Shown: positions 15,760 to 25,379 of the stretch, in pieces
How positions within the stretch are numbered: the stretch's first letter is position 1
How the letters are laid out: each line of letters begins with the position of its first letter
From: Elusimicrobiota bacterium
GTDB taxonomy: Bacteria; Elusimicrobiota; Elusimicrobia; Elusimicrobiales; UBA9959
Direction: 5' to 3'
Length of the DNA stretch: 36,894 nucleotides
Assembly: GCA_030637365.1 (NCBI GenBank)
Contig: DAOWGR010000023.1
Span: 1 to 36,894, forward strand
The notes under the pieces: model-generated
Told to the model about the DNA's origin: nothing
The model's input: only the letters and a program-made list of their open reading frames with translations
The model's database searches: none
Position numbers and translations under genes: made by a program

Positions 15760-17541
15760 ATGAAAAATATTGTTTTAGCAGGAATTTTTTTACTGTTTGG
15801 GGCATTTGGTTCAAACGCTTTGGCGGATGTTTTTAATCCCGCCGGATGGGACAGCAATAATGATTTTCCTCTGATAGGTTCGCCAAAAGCCCAGAAGGGC
15901 GGCGAGCTTCGTTATTACTGGCAAAGTTTTCCTCCCACATTAAGAACTGAGGGGCCAAATTCAAATTTTGTGCCCAATAATGAGGTTCAAAGTTTGATGT
16001 ATGAATCATTGGTAGGTCTTCATCCCACAACATTGGAATATATTCCGGGACTTGCAAATTACTGGAAGATATCCGCTGACAAAAGAAAGTTTTCATTTCA
16101 TGTAAATCCAAAAGCCGCATGGGCTGACGGCAGCCCCGTTACCGCCGAGGATGTGGTCGCCACTTGGGAATTTCGTATTCGCGAAGATATAAAAGATCCG
16201 TATTCGGTTATGATGTGGGGCGGAAGTTTTGAAAAGCCCGTTGCTGAAAGCAAATATGTGGTTTCGGTAAAGACAAAAGAACTTAATTGGCGTTTATTTT
16301 TATATTTCGGCGGTATGGCGATATATCCGGCTAAAGAAATGAAAGTTCTTACAGGAGAGAAATATCTTAAGGATTATAACTGGAAAATGCAAATGGGTTC
16401 GGGGCCTTATGAAGTAAAACCTGAAAATATTACAAAGGAACATTCTCTGGTTGTTACAAGGCGCGAGGATTATTGGGCCGTCAATGAGCGAAGAAATATC
16501 GGCATTAATAATTTTGATAAAATATCATGGAAAGTTATTTTAGATGAAGAATTGGCTTTTGAGAAATTTAAAAAAGGCGAGATTGATTATTATTATGTCA
16601 ATAAATCACAGAGATGGATTGAGGAATGCGATTTTGACAAAATAAAAAAAGGCTGGGTTCAAAAGAGAAAAATTTATACACAAGCGCCGAAAGGTTTTGG
16701 CGGTTTTGTTTTTAATATGAGAAAGCCGCCTTTTAACAATCGCAATGTCAGAAAGGCCTTTTCTTTTCTTTTTAACCGCGAAAGACTTATAGATAAGCTT
16801 TTTTTTAATGAATATGATTATATAGACAGCTATTATCCCGGTGGAGATTGGGGTAATTCCGATAATCCGAAAATTCGTTATAATCCGCGCCGAGCCGCAA
16901 GGCTTCTTAAAAGAGCCGGTTGGACAAATAGAAACAAAGACGGCTGGCTTGTCAATAAAGACGGAGAAATTTTTGAATTGACTCTTGAATATGGTCAGCA
17001 AGGGTCTACCAGAATTCATAAGGTTATCAAAGAGGAGATAGAAAAAGCGGGAATTAAATTTAATCTTAAATTGATTGATTCCAGAACTTTAATGAAAAAA
17101 GTCAGTGAACGCAAGTTTACTATTCATTTTCAAAGTTGGAGAGCTACATTGTTTCCAAATCCGAAGAGTTCGTGGAATTCAGAGCTTGCCGGAGCGCACA
17201 CAAATAATCTTCCGGGTTTTAAGAATAAAGGAGTGGATGAATTGTGTAAAAAATATAATGTTACATTTGACAGGGCGGAGCAGAAAAAGATTATAGGGGA
17301 AATAGACGGCATAATTTTTAGAGTTCATCCGTATGCTCTTGGATGGTATGGTAATAATAGTCGTGTTCTTTATGAGAATAAATTCGGACATCCTAAAGAG
17401 TATTTTTCAAAAATTGGCGATTACAATGATATAAAAACTTTTTGGTGGTATGATAGGGCAAAAGAAAAAGCTTTATCTGAAGCTATAAAGAGTAATAAAA
17501 GTTTGCCTATCGGAAAAACCATCCAAAAACCGTGGAAATAA
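15760..17541 (+). CDS. yejA: ABC transporter substrate-binding protein, family 5, YejA-like, copy 2
   Basis: Signal peptide IVLAGIFLLFGAFGSNALA. Collinear with copy 1 and highly similar throughout the mature domain. Confidence 0.9.
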   Translation: MKNIVLAGIFLLFGAFGSNALADVFNPAGWDSNNDFPLIGSPKAQKGGELRYYWQSFPPTLRTEGPNSNFVPNNEVQSLMYESLVGLHPTTLEYIPGLANYWKISADKRKFSFHVNPKAAWADGSPVTAEDVVATWEFRIREDIKDPYSVMMWGGSFEKPVAESKYVVSVKTKELNWRLFLYFGGMAIYPAKEMKVLTGEKYLKDYNWKMQMGSGPYEVKPENITKEHSLVVTRREDYWAVNERRNIGINNFDKISWKVILDEELAFEKFKKGEIDYYYVNKSQRWIEECDFDKIKKGWVQKRKIYTQAPKGFGGFVFNMRKPPFNNRNVRKAFSFLFNRERLIDKLFFNEYDYIDSYYPGGDWGNSDNPKIRYNPRRAARLLKRAGWTNRNKDGWLVNKDGEIFELTLEYGQQGSTRIHKVIKEEIEKAGIKFNLKLIDSRTLMKKVSERKFTIHFQSWRATLFPNPKSSWNSELAGAHTNNLPGFKNKGVDELCKKYNVTFDRAEQKKIIGEIDGIIFRVHPYALGWYGNNSRVLYENKFGHPKEYFSKIGDYNDIKTFWWYDRAKEKALSEAIKSNKSLPIGKTIQKPWK

Positions 17542-17563
17542 TCCCACATTAGCGGGATTATTT
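17536..17563 (+). promoter_or_regulatory. Stop-codon-spanning hairpin after yejA copy 2 (no T-run)
   Basis: AAATAATCCC (17536-17545) and GGGATTATTT (17554-17563) form a perfect 10-bp stem with an 8-nt loop. Same position as the hairpin after copy 1, but a different stem sequence. Confidence 0.5.
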
Positions 17564-17675
17564 AGGCAACAGGTTTTTGCAGGTGGCAGGTAACAGGGAA
17601 AGATGTTGAAAAGAGGTTTTTACTCTAAACTCTGAACTCTAAACTTGCTCCTATTTATTTGTTAGGATATACAAA

Positions 17676-18722
17676 ATGCATGGAATGACAACTTATTTTT
17701 TAAGGCGAGTTCTGCTCATACCTATTACATTTATATGCATAACTTTTTTAGTTTATACGGTATTGCGCCTTGTTCCAGGGGGTCCGATAGAGCAGGCTCA
17801 GCTTCAGATAAAAATGGCCGCGATGCAGGAAGGCGGCGCCAGCGGCATTAGTGATGATATGGGAGATTTGCAGATTCCTGAAGAAGCCCTTAATGAATTA
17901 AAGAAATATTATCATTTGGATAAAAGCATTCCGGTGGGTTACGCAAATTGGCTTTGGAAAATAGTAAATTTGGATTTTGGCCGATCATATATTTATGGCG
18001 AGCCTGTATTAAAAGTGATAATTTCCAAGTTCCCGATATCCATATATTTTGGCCTTATAGGTTACTTTGCCTCATGGCTTATTTGCGTGCCTTTGGGTGT
18101 GACAAAAGCCATAAAACACAAATCCTCTTATGATACTGCCACATCCGTTTTGGTATTTATAGGTTATTCAATTCCCGGTTTTGTCGCGTGTCTGATTCTG
18201 CTTGTTCTTTTAGGGGGCGGCAGTTTCCTTGATGTATTCCCTCTTGGCGGATTCAGGTCCGATAATTGGGCTCAACTGGGTTTTTTCGCTAAAATCGCGG
18301 ATCAGCTTCACCATACCGCCATTCCCGTTTTTGGTTATCTTATAGGCGGTTTCGCCACAATGACCATTTTAATGAAAAACTCTTTATTGGATAATCTTGG
18401 TTCCGATTATGTTCGCACCGCTTTCGCCAAAGGTTTATCCGAAAAAAGAGTTATTTTTGTCCATGCCATGAGAAACTCTCTTATTCCCATAACGGCTGGC
18501 GTGGGCCACGCTATCGGGCTTCTGTTCGCGGGCTCGTTCCTGATAGAAAAGACCTGCAATATTCCCGGCATGGGACTTCTGGGTTATACTTCAATTATTC
18601 AAAGAGATTATCCCATAATTCTCGGAACTCTGGTTTTTCTTGTTCTTATCCGTCTGACAGGCAATATTTTTTCCGATATGATATGGGCTCTCATAGATCC
18701 CAGGATAAGGTTTGGAAAGTAG
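17676..18722 (+). CDS. yejB: Peptide ABC transporter permease, YejB-like
   Basis: TYFLRRVLLIPITF...VPGGPIEQ, DFGRSYIYGEPVL, EAA-loop region YVRTAFAKGLSEKRVIFVHAMRNSLIPI, and C-terminal IDPRIRF. Collinear with E. coli YejB as I recall it. Confidence 0.85.
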   Translation: MHGMTTYFLRRVLLIPITFICITFLVYTVLRLVPGGPIEQAQLQIKMAAMQEGGASGISDDMGDLQIPEEALNELKKYYHLDKSIPVGYANWLWKIVNLDFGRSYIYGEPVLKVIISKFPISIYFGLIGYFASWLICVPLGVTKAIKHKSSYDTATSVLVFIGYSIPGFVACLILLVLLGGGSFLDVFPLGGFRSDNWAQLGFFAKIADQLHHTAIPVFGYLIGGFATMTILMKNSLLDNLGSDYVRTAFAKGLSEKRVIFVHAMRNSLIPITAGVGHAIGLLFAGSFLIEKTCNIPGMGLLGYTSIIQRDYPIILGTLVFLVLIRLTGNIFSDMIWALIDPRIRFGK

Positions 18723-18882
18723 TTTGTTTAGGGAATAAGGAAATTAGGTAATTGGGCGCAAAGTAGTAGGAATTTGTTCATGAAGTTTGAAGTTTGTTAT
18801 TTGACTATTTGTATGTTATTTTGTTTTTGGAGCTTTTGTTTTATTTAGGATTTAGAGTTTGTTATTTGGGATTTATCAAGCT

Positions 18883-20268
18883 ATGTTCATTAAGATAATG
18901 GAAATTGTTTTTCTTTTGGCCGCGGGCTACGCGTTTACGCATAAATTATTGCCTTGGGTTTTTATCAAAACGGGAAAAAAACTCGGTTTTAAGATGCGGA
19001 TGACTCCCATTTGGGCGAAAAGGATACGCCGTTTTAAAACCATAAAAAGGGGCTATTATTCCTTTATAATCATTACCACTTTGTTTGTTCTGTCTCTTTT
19101 TCTTGAACTTTATGTAAATGACAAGCCTTTGGCTATTCGTTATGATGAAAAGATAGCTTTTCCCGCTTTAAAAGAATGGGGGAATAAAATTTTATTTTTT
19201 GTTAATATGTCTAATTTTGACAAGAAATCCGATTTTGGTCAAATAGGAAACGATAGCGTGGATTATCGTCTTTTCGCCGAAAGATGCAAGAATCCCAATT
19301 TTGCCAGTAATGCCATAAAAGATAAAAATGATGAAATAAGAGATTTAAAAGATGAGCTTGGAGATATTCCCGTTCCCGATAAATATTCGGATGAAGATGA
19401 AATAGCCGATTACAATGATTTAAAAATTTTAATATCCGATATTAAAAAAGAGATTGGCGAAATTAGAAAAAATGTGGAGATTTTTACAAGCGGCAAGGCA
19501 TGGATAATTATGCCGATATATCCATATTCTCCTTATGAGCATATTCTGGATTTGCCCCAAAGGCCGCCAAATAAACCTTATTTGGCTCATCCCATGGGAA
19601 CCGATGATTCGGGCGCGGATGTTTTGGCTCAGCTTTTTTACGGTTTTAGAATATCGCTTTCTTTTGCTTTGATAGTGGCTTTTATAGGTTATTCGGTAGG
19701 AGTAATTGTTGGCGGCATTATGGGTTATTTTGGCGGTTGGATTGATATAGCCATTCAAAGATTTATTGAAATATGGGGTTCCATTCCTTTTCTTTTTACC
19801 ATTATGATAATCGCGTCCATAATTTCGCCGGGATTTTTATTATTGGCGATTCTTCTTGTATGTCTGCGCAGTTGGATAGGCATCACCTATTATATCAGGG
19901 GAGAATTTTATAGAGAAAAGGCCAAGGATTATGTTCAGGCGGCCATTGCCATGGGCGCCGGCGAATGGTCGGTTATGATGAAGCATATTTTGCCCAATTC
20001 CTTGGTGCCGCTTGTAACTTTCGCTCCTTTCGGCATTGTTTCCTATATAGGCTTATTGGTTTCATTGGATTATTTGGGCTTTGGTTTGCCGGTGGGAACG
20101 CCGAGCTGGGGCAGTTTATTGGACCAGGGCATGAAATATATTAAGTATTATCCTCATCTTATCATTATTCCTTCAGTCGCTTTCGCGTTTACTCTTTTTA
20201 CGGTGGTTATGATTGGCGAGGCGGTTCGCGAAGCGTTTGATCCTAAAGTGTTTTCAAGATTGAGATAA
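18883..20268 (+). CDS. yejE: Peptide ABC transporter permease, YejE-like, with enlarged first periplasmic loop
   Basis: RRFKTIKRGYYSFIIITTLFVLSLFLELYVNDKPLAIRYDEK, GTDDSGADVLAQLFYGFRISL, QRFIEIWGSIPFLF, LDYLGFGLPVGTPSWGSLL and EAVREAFDPK match the YejE layout. ATG at 18883 (or 18898) is preferred over TTG at 18859. Confidence 0.85.
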   Translation: MFIKIMEIVFLLAAGYAFTHKLLPWVFIKTGKKLGFKMRMTPIWAKRIRRFKTIKRGYYSFIIITTLFVLSLFLELYVNDKPLAIRYDEKIAFPALKEWGNKILFFVNMSNFDKKSDFGQIGNDSVDYRLFAERCKNPNFASNAIKDKNDEIRDLKDELGDIPVPDKYSDEDEIADYNDLKILISDIKKEIGEIRKNVEIFTSGKAWIIMPIYPYSPYEHILDLPQRPPNKPYLAHPMGTDDSGADVLAQLFYGFRISLSFALIVAFIGYSVGVIVGGIMGYFGGWIDIAIQRFIEIWGSIPFLFTIMIIASIISPGFLLLAILLVCLRSWIGITYYIRGEFYREKAKDYVQAAIAMGAGEWSVMMKHILPNSLVPLVTFAPFGIVSYIGLLVSLDYLGFGLPVGTPSWGSLLDQGMKYIKYYPHLIIIPSVAFAFTLFTVVMIGEAVREAFDPKVFSRLR

Positions 20269-20273
20269 ATATT

Positions 20274-21278
20274 ATGGATGAAGATAAAGAACACAAAAAA
20301 CTTATAGAGATTAAAGGTCTTAAGACTTATTTTGATATTGAAGGCAAAACGGCAAAAGCTGTTGACGGCGTGGATTTTCATATTAATGAAAATGAGGTTT
20401 TTGGCCTTGTGGGAGAATCGGGATGCGGAAAATCCGTAACCGCTCTCAGCATACTGCGCCTTATTCCCGACCCGCCCGGGAAAATCGCGGCTGGAGAAAT
20501 TCTTTTTAGAGGAAAAGATTTACTGAAATTATCTTATAAGGAAATGCGGGGCATACGCGGCAAAGATATATCCATGATATTTCAGGAGCCGATGACTTCC
20601 CTAAATCCCGTTTTTTCCGTAGGCTGGCAGCTTAAAGAAGCCATTCGTTTTCATCAGGAAGGCATTACGGAAGAAGAGATAGAGAACCGCGCCGTTGAAA
20701 TGCTTAATCTGGTGGGCATACCGGGCGGTGAAAGGCGTTTAAAAGATTATCCGCATCAATTTTCAGGCGGCATGCGCCAAAGAGTTATGATAGCCATGGC
20801 GCTCGCGTGCAATCCCGCTCTCTTGATAGCGGATGAGCCCACTACGGCTTTGGATGTTACCATTCAAGCTCAGATTTTGGAATTGATGCTTAAAGTAAAA
20901 AAGAAAACGCATGACGCCGCCATGCTTTTGATTACGCATGATTTGGCTGTCGTGGCTGAAACCTGCCAGAGAGTGGCCGTTATGTATGGCGGAAAAATAC
21001 AAGAAATATCGGATATCAAATCTTTATTCGCGGAGCCTTTGCATCCTTACACAAAAGGCCTTTTGAGATCTCTCCCGGGTTTTGGCGATAAAGATCAAAA
21101 GCGTTTGCCGACTATAGAAGGAATAGTGCCGAGCATTATGGATTTCCCAAAAGGCTGTAAATTTAATAATCGCTGCGATAAAGCAATGGATATATGTTGC
21201 GAAAAAGAGCCTGAGCTTGAAGAGATATGCGAGGGCCGGAAAGTGAGATGCTGGCTGCATGAGAAAACGGCAGGTTAA
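20274..21278 (+). CDS. Peptide ABC transporter ATP-binding protein (OppD/DppD-like; first half-equivalent of YejF)
   Basis: Walker A GESGCGKS, signature FSGGMRQR, Walker [13 protein letters not shown], and a C-terminal oligopeptide-transporter Cys-rich tail. Confidence 0.9.
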   Translation: MDEDKEHKKLIEIKGLKTYFDIEGKTAKAVDGVDFHINENEVFGLVGESGCGKSVTALSILRLIPDPPGKIAAGEILFRGKDLLKLSYKEMRGIRGKDISMIFQEPMTSLNPVFSVGWQLKEAIRFHQEGITEEEIENRAVEMLNLVGIPGGERRLKDYPHQFSGGMRQRVMIAMALACNPALLIADEPTTALDVTIQAQILELMLKVKKKTHDAAMLLITHDLAVVAETCQRVAVMYGGKIQEISDIKSLFAEPLHPYTKGLLRSLPGFGDKDQKRLPTIEGIVPSIMDFPKGCKFNNRCDKAMDICCEKEPELEEICEGRKVRCWLHEKTAG

Positions 21279-21330
21279 GATTAAGGCCAAGGTTGAGAAC
21301 GGAAATAAGTAAGCAGAAAGCGGTAAAGCT

Positions 21331-21375
21331 CTCCCGAATCGGAAATTTGTTTAAAACAAATTTCTTATTCGGGAG
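21331..21375 (+). promoter_or_regulatory. Long intercistronic hairpin between the two ATPase genes
   Basis: CTCCCGAAT-CGG-AAATTTGTTT ... AAACAAATTT-CTT-ATTCGGGAG gives 9 bp plus about 10 bp of stem around a 3x3 internal loop. It lies in a 118-nt gap inside the operon. Confidence 0.5.
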
Positions 21376-21396
21376 CGGACTGGGTAGAAAAAAACA

Positions 21397-22386
21397 ATGA
21401 ATGAAGAAAACATAATTGATATTTCAAATTTAAAAGTTCATTTTCCGATACATGGCGGGCTTTTTTTTAAAAAGATAGGCGATGTTAAAGCTGTTGACGG
21501 AGTGTCATTCGCTTTGAAAGAGGGGGAAACCTTGGGCCTTGTGGGAGAATCGGGCTGTGGAAAGACAACGGTCGGAAAAGCTCTGATAAATCTTGTTAAA
21601 TCCACTTCCGGCGAAATAATGTTCGCCAATAAAAAACAAGAAAAAGTAAATATAGCGAATTTGAGCCGCTCGGAAATGCGTCCGTACCGGGCGGATATTC
21701 AAATGATTTTTCAGGACCCTTATTCATCTTTAAATCCTCGCATGTCGGTTGGCGCCATTATAGAAGAGCCGCTTCTAATACATAATAAGAAGCTTAAAAA
21801 CAAAGAGAGAAAGGAAAGAGTGGCGTGGCTGCTTGAGAAAGTCGGTTTGCGCGGCGAGCAAGCCACCAGATATCCTCATGAATTTTCGGGAGGGCAGCGC
21901 CAGCGAGTGGGAGTTGCCAGAGCGCTCGCGACTAATCCCCGGTTCATAATAGCCGACGAGCCGGTTTCCGCTTTGGATGTTTCCATTCAGGCGCAGGTAA
22001 TAAATCTTCTTCAGGATTTGCAGGATGAATTTAAGCTGACTTATCTTTTTATCGCGCATGACCTTTCCGTAGTTGAGCATATTTCGGACAGAATCGCGGT
22101 AATGTATCTTGGAAATATGGTTGAAATCGGGACAAGCCGAGAAATAAATGAAAACCCTCTTCACCCGTATTCCAAAGCTCTTTTATCCGCCGTTCCTCAT
22201 CCCGATCCCTCCATGCAAAAACGGGAGAGAATAATTCTTACCGGAGATGTTCCAAGTCCATTGGCCAAGCCGTCAGGCTGCGGATTTAGGACAAGATGCC
22301 CTATTGCAAAAGAAGAATGCTCCGAGCGTATTCCCGAACTAAAAGAAAAATCCCCCGGCCATTTCGTCGCCTGCCCGTTTGTATAA
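21397..22386 (+). CDS. Peptide ABC transporter ATP-binding protein (OppF/DppF-like; second half-equivalent of YejF)
   Basis: Walker A GESGCGKTT, signature FSGGQRQR, Walker B FIIADEPVSALD. Confidence 0.9.
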   Translation: MNEENIIDISNLKVHFPIHGGLFFKKIGDVKAVDGVSFALKEGETLGLVGESGCGKTTVGKALINLVKSTSGEIMFANKKQEKVNIANLSRSEMRPYRADIQMIFQDPYSSLNPRMSVGAIIEEPLLIHNKKLKNKERKERVAWLLEKVGLRGEQATRYPHEFSGGQRQRVGVARALATNPRFIIADEPVSALDVSIQAQVINLLQDLQDEFKLTYLFIAHDLSVVEHISDRIAVMYLGNMVEIGTSREINENPLHPYSKALLSAVPHPDPSMQKRERIILTGDVPSPLAKPSGCGFRTRCPIAKEECSERIPELKEKSPGHFVACPFV

Positions 22387-22473
22387 AGAGTATAAAGGTC
22401 TAAGAGTCGCAGAGTCTGAGGGTCTTGGGATTAAAACAGGGCAGCTAAAAAAAATCCTTTAATCCTTTCCGGT

Positions 22474-23121
22474 CTATTTCTGAATTTTAAATATATTTTT
22501 TATGTATTGCCAATGCCAATGGATGTGAAACAGAGATATCATAAACATCGCTATGCCCGCTTCCGTATGCCATAGCATGATATTAAAAGGCAGTTTAATC
22601 CTTATGCCGTAATTTATCATTATAACCAGCAGAATTCCGAGCAAGCCGGATATTAAAAATGTGAGCAATAGGGCAAAATTCCAAAATTTAAAGTGGGTTT
22701 TGGCTTCTATGATTTTTTTCTTATACAGGATAATGCCGATAAGGTACAAAAGAAGCAAAAACGCGCTTATGGGAAAAAGATGATATGGCTTTTTGCCGGA
22801 GGTTTTTTTAATGGCGGCTTTTTTTGTAGTTTTAACGGTTTTTTTGGGGGCAATCGGCGGTTTTATGTTTTGCGATGTTTGAGCCGGGATGTTCTTTTTC
22901 CGCTTGTTGTTTTCTGATATCTGTTTTCTGCTTTCCACTTTGTTAACAATATCTTTTATCTGAGGGTTTGATTGAATATAATCGCATATTCCGTCATTAT
23001 CCTTATCCACGCACATGCCGCATGGCGCGTCGCATTCAGTCAGCCCTTTAGGGCAGGCGCTTTCCCCGAATACCGTTAAAGGCAATGAGCATAATATCAT
23101 GGCGAATGCTATTTTTTTCAT
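22474..23121 (-). CDS. Hypothetical Cys-rich membrane protein (signal peptide, CxxxxxxC..PCGMC..DGICD module, Lys-rich linker, three His-containing TM helices)
   Basis: MKKIAFAMILCSLPLTVFG signal peptide. The C-terminal TM block with WHTEAGIAMFMISLFHIHWHW is reminiscent of DUF4405/cytochrome-b-like membrane domains, but I am not certain of this. Confidence 0.6.
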   Translation of the reverse strand: MKKIAFAMILCSLPLTVFGESACPKGLTECDAPCGMCVDKDNDGICDYIQSNPQIKDIVNKVESRKQISENNKRKKNIPAQTSQNIKPPIAPKKTVKTTKKAAIKKTSGKKPYHLFPISAFLLLLYLIGIILYKKKIIEAKTHFKFWNFALLLTFLISGLLGILLVIMINYGIRIKLPFNIMLWHTEAGIAMFMISLFHIHWHWQYIKNIFKIQK

Positions 23122-23183
23122 ATTGTTTCTTAAAGCCTAAATAGAGTTTACAAATTTTAGATTGATTCGTGAAAATAGTCGGA

Positions 23184-24686
23184 CTAAGAATTAAGGAGTG
23201 TTTTTTTGCGTTCCGTCCAAAGGGTGAAATTGAAAGTGGAGCCTTCGTTTAGCGCGCTTTCCGCCCATAGTCGGCCTTTGTGTCGTTCTATTATGCGTTG
23301 GACCGTACTCAGACCTATGCCGGTTCCGGGAAATTCAGACAGAATGTGAAGGCGTTGAAAGGGTTTGAATATCTTGTTTACATATTTCATGTCAAAGCCG
23401 CAACCATTGTCTTTTACGAAATAAATATTTTGGTGTTCTTTTTTCATCATTCCGAATTCTATCGCGGGTTTTTCGGTTTTTTTCGTGAATTTCCACGCAT
23501 TTTCCAGCAGATTCTCAAGAGATTCCATCAGAAGACCGGGATCTCCGGTTGTTTCAATGCCTTCCGCCACAATAATATTTACATGCCGCGCGGGTTCGCT
23601 TTCTTGCAGGCGTTCAATGATTTTCTTTGCCAGAGCCGTCATATCCACGGTCTTGCAGTCCATTTCCTGGCGTATGATACTGGAGAGTTTGAGCAAATTG
23701 TCTATAATTTCCGCCATATGTTGGCAGTTGTTCTGCACTTTTCCGATATATGCTCTGCCGGTATCGTCCAAGACATTTGAATATTCCTGTTCCAGAAAGG
23801 TGATAAAGCCATCCATGCGTCTTAACGGGCCGCGTAAATCGTGCGACGCGGAATAGGTAAAAGCTTCCAATTCTTTATTCGCCATTTTTAATTCGGCCGT
23901 TCTCTCCGTTACATTGTCTTCCAGGTCATTGCGGGCTTTGATAAGTTCACTTGTTGCCGTGTCGCGTTCACGGCTCCTTTCCCGAAGATTTTTAAGCATG
24001 TAATTAAAGCTTTCGGCCAGTATTCCGATTTCATCGCCGCGGTTTATATCGGTTTTTAAAGAATAGTCTTGATTATGGGCGATACTTCTGGTTAATTCGG
24101 CCAATTGCAGTATGGGCCGCGATATCAGCCTTTGGACGCGCGTGGTCAGGATGAAGACAATTATGGCCACGCAAAATGCCAATATGATGATTAGTTTTAC
24201 GCGGTCCCAAATTTTTTCCGCCAAGAGCGCGGTGGAAACGCACATATGAAGTGTGCCGTAATATTTACCTTTATAAGTCATCGGTTCATAAACAGCAAGG
24301 TGCCCTTTTGTGAAGAGAGTATAAGTTTCTTCCCGCGCAATTGGTGTTTTCAGTTTTTTTCGCTCGAACTTTTTTCCATCGCGAGCGTAGGCGGCAAAAA
24401 TATTTCCGCGAATGTCGTAAATTGCCGCATGCTCTATGTTTTTTATAAGAGAAAGTTTTTCAAGCGCTTGCGAGGCTTCATCTTCGTATTCGAAAACCAG
24501 ATCTCCAATACAGTATTCCGCCGTTATTTTGGCGTTTAGAATGGAATCTTCTATCAATTCTTTTCGGAAATTACGGGTATCAAGCGCCGTTATTACGGCA
24601 AAACCGAGCACTAACGCGAAGAAAGCCACCGCCATTATGAGAGATGTTAGTTTGGCGTTTACCGACAAATTTTCAAGAGATTTCAT
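23184..24686 (-). CDS. Sensor histidine kinase (2 TM + periplasmic loop, HAMP, HisKA, HATPase_c)
   Basis: HAMP region RPILQLAELTRSIA...GDEIGILAESFNYMLKNL, H-box FTYSASHDLRGPLRRM, N/G boxes NLLENAWKF, DNGCGFD and GTGIGLS. The start overlaps the upstream stop (ATGA). Confidence 0.9.
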   Translation of the reverse strand: MKSLENLSVNAKLTSLIMAVAFFALVLGFAVITALDTRNFRKELIEDSILNAKITAEYCIGDLVFEYEDEASQALEKLSLIKNIEHAAIYDIRGNIFAAYARDGKKFERKKLKTPIAREETYTLFTKGHLAVYEPMTYKGKYYGTLHMCVSTALLAEKIWDRVKLIIILAFCVAIIVFILTTRVQRLISRPILQLAELTRSIAHNQDYSLKTDINRGDEIGILAESFNYMLKNLRERSRERDTATSELIKARNDLEDNVTERTAELKMANKELEAFTYSASHDLRGPLRRMDGFITFLEQEYSNVLDDTGRAYIGKVQNNCQHMAEIIDNLLKLSSIIRQEMDCKTVDMTALAKKIIERLQESEPARHVNIIVAEGIETTGDPGLLMESLENLLENAWKFTKKTEKPAIEFGMMKKEHQNIYFVKDNGCGFDMKYVNKIFKPFQRLHILSEFPGTGIGLSTVQRIIERHKGRLWAESALNEGSTFNFTLWTERKKTLLNS

Positions 24687-25327
24687 TTTGTGTCACCGCC
24701 GTACACCATTGTCGCCAAGCGTAAAAGTTTTGAATTGATGACAAGGCCGCTTTTGCGGGCGCCGCCGAGATTTATATTGAAACGGATATGTTTACTTTTT
24801 TTGTAAAGAGCGATATGCGTCCCGCGCCGAGCCAGTTTTTTACCGTCTCCCACGATAAGTATCGGCCTATTGCCGGTTATGGAAAGTATGTCAGCCAGCC
24901 GCTTGTTTTCGTTTTTTGCTATAAAAAGCATATGACAGTGTTCAAGAGTGTCTTCGTTTTTCATTTGGCGCAATATTACACGGCGATTTTTTATTTTCCT
25001 GGTCTTTGCCAGTTTTTTGAGATAAGGACCGATTAAGGTTTTTCCAATCAGAGTTATGATAAAAGGTTCGTTTGGATCTGAAAAAGTTTTTTCGGGCCAG
25101 TCAATAAATTGGGTTATTCTTACCAGAAATTCGGCTTTTACCTGGTATTCAAAAAATTTATGCGACGAGGCGGTTGCCAAATCTCGGTTTGAGCCGGCGA
25201 TTAGCCCGAACAATATAAGAAAAGTCGTTAGGATTATTCGCCCGATTGACGGTTTGTTTGGAATGGTTGTTTTTGCTGAAAGATTTTGAAACAAAATGGA
25301 TTTTAGTCGGCTAAGCAAGTTTGTCAT
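24683..25327 (-). CDS. YfiR-like periplasmic protein (DUF4154)
   Basis: EYQVKAEFLVRITQFIDWP...HCHMLFIAKNE...ILIVGD...IRFNINLGGARKSGLVINSKLLRLA follows the DUF4154 pattern end to end. Confidence 0.8.
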   Translation of the reverse strand: MTNLLSRLKSILFQNLSAKTTIPNKPSIGRIILTTFLILFGLIAGSNRDLATASSHKFFEYQVKAEFLVRITQFIDWPEKTFSDPNEPFIITLIGKTLIGPYLKKLAKTRKIKNRRVILRQMKNEDTLEHCHMLFIAKNENKRLADILSITGNRPILIVGDGKKLARRGTHIALYKKSKHIRFNINLGGARKSGLVINSKLLRLATMVYGGDTK

Positions 25328-25379
25328 AGTCTTTTTTTAATAGTTCCTCATGGTCCGGGATAGAATGAAAATATGAAAT

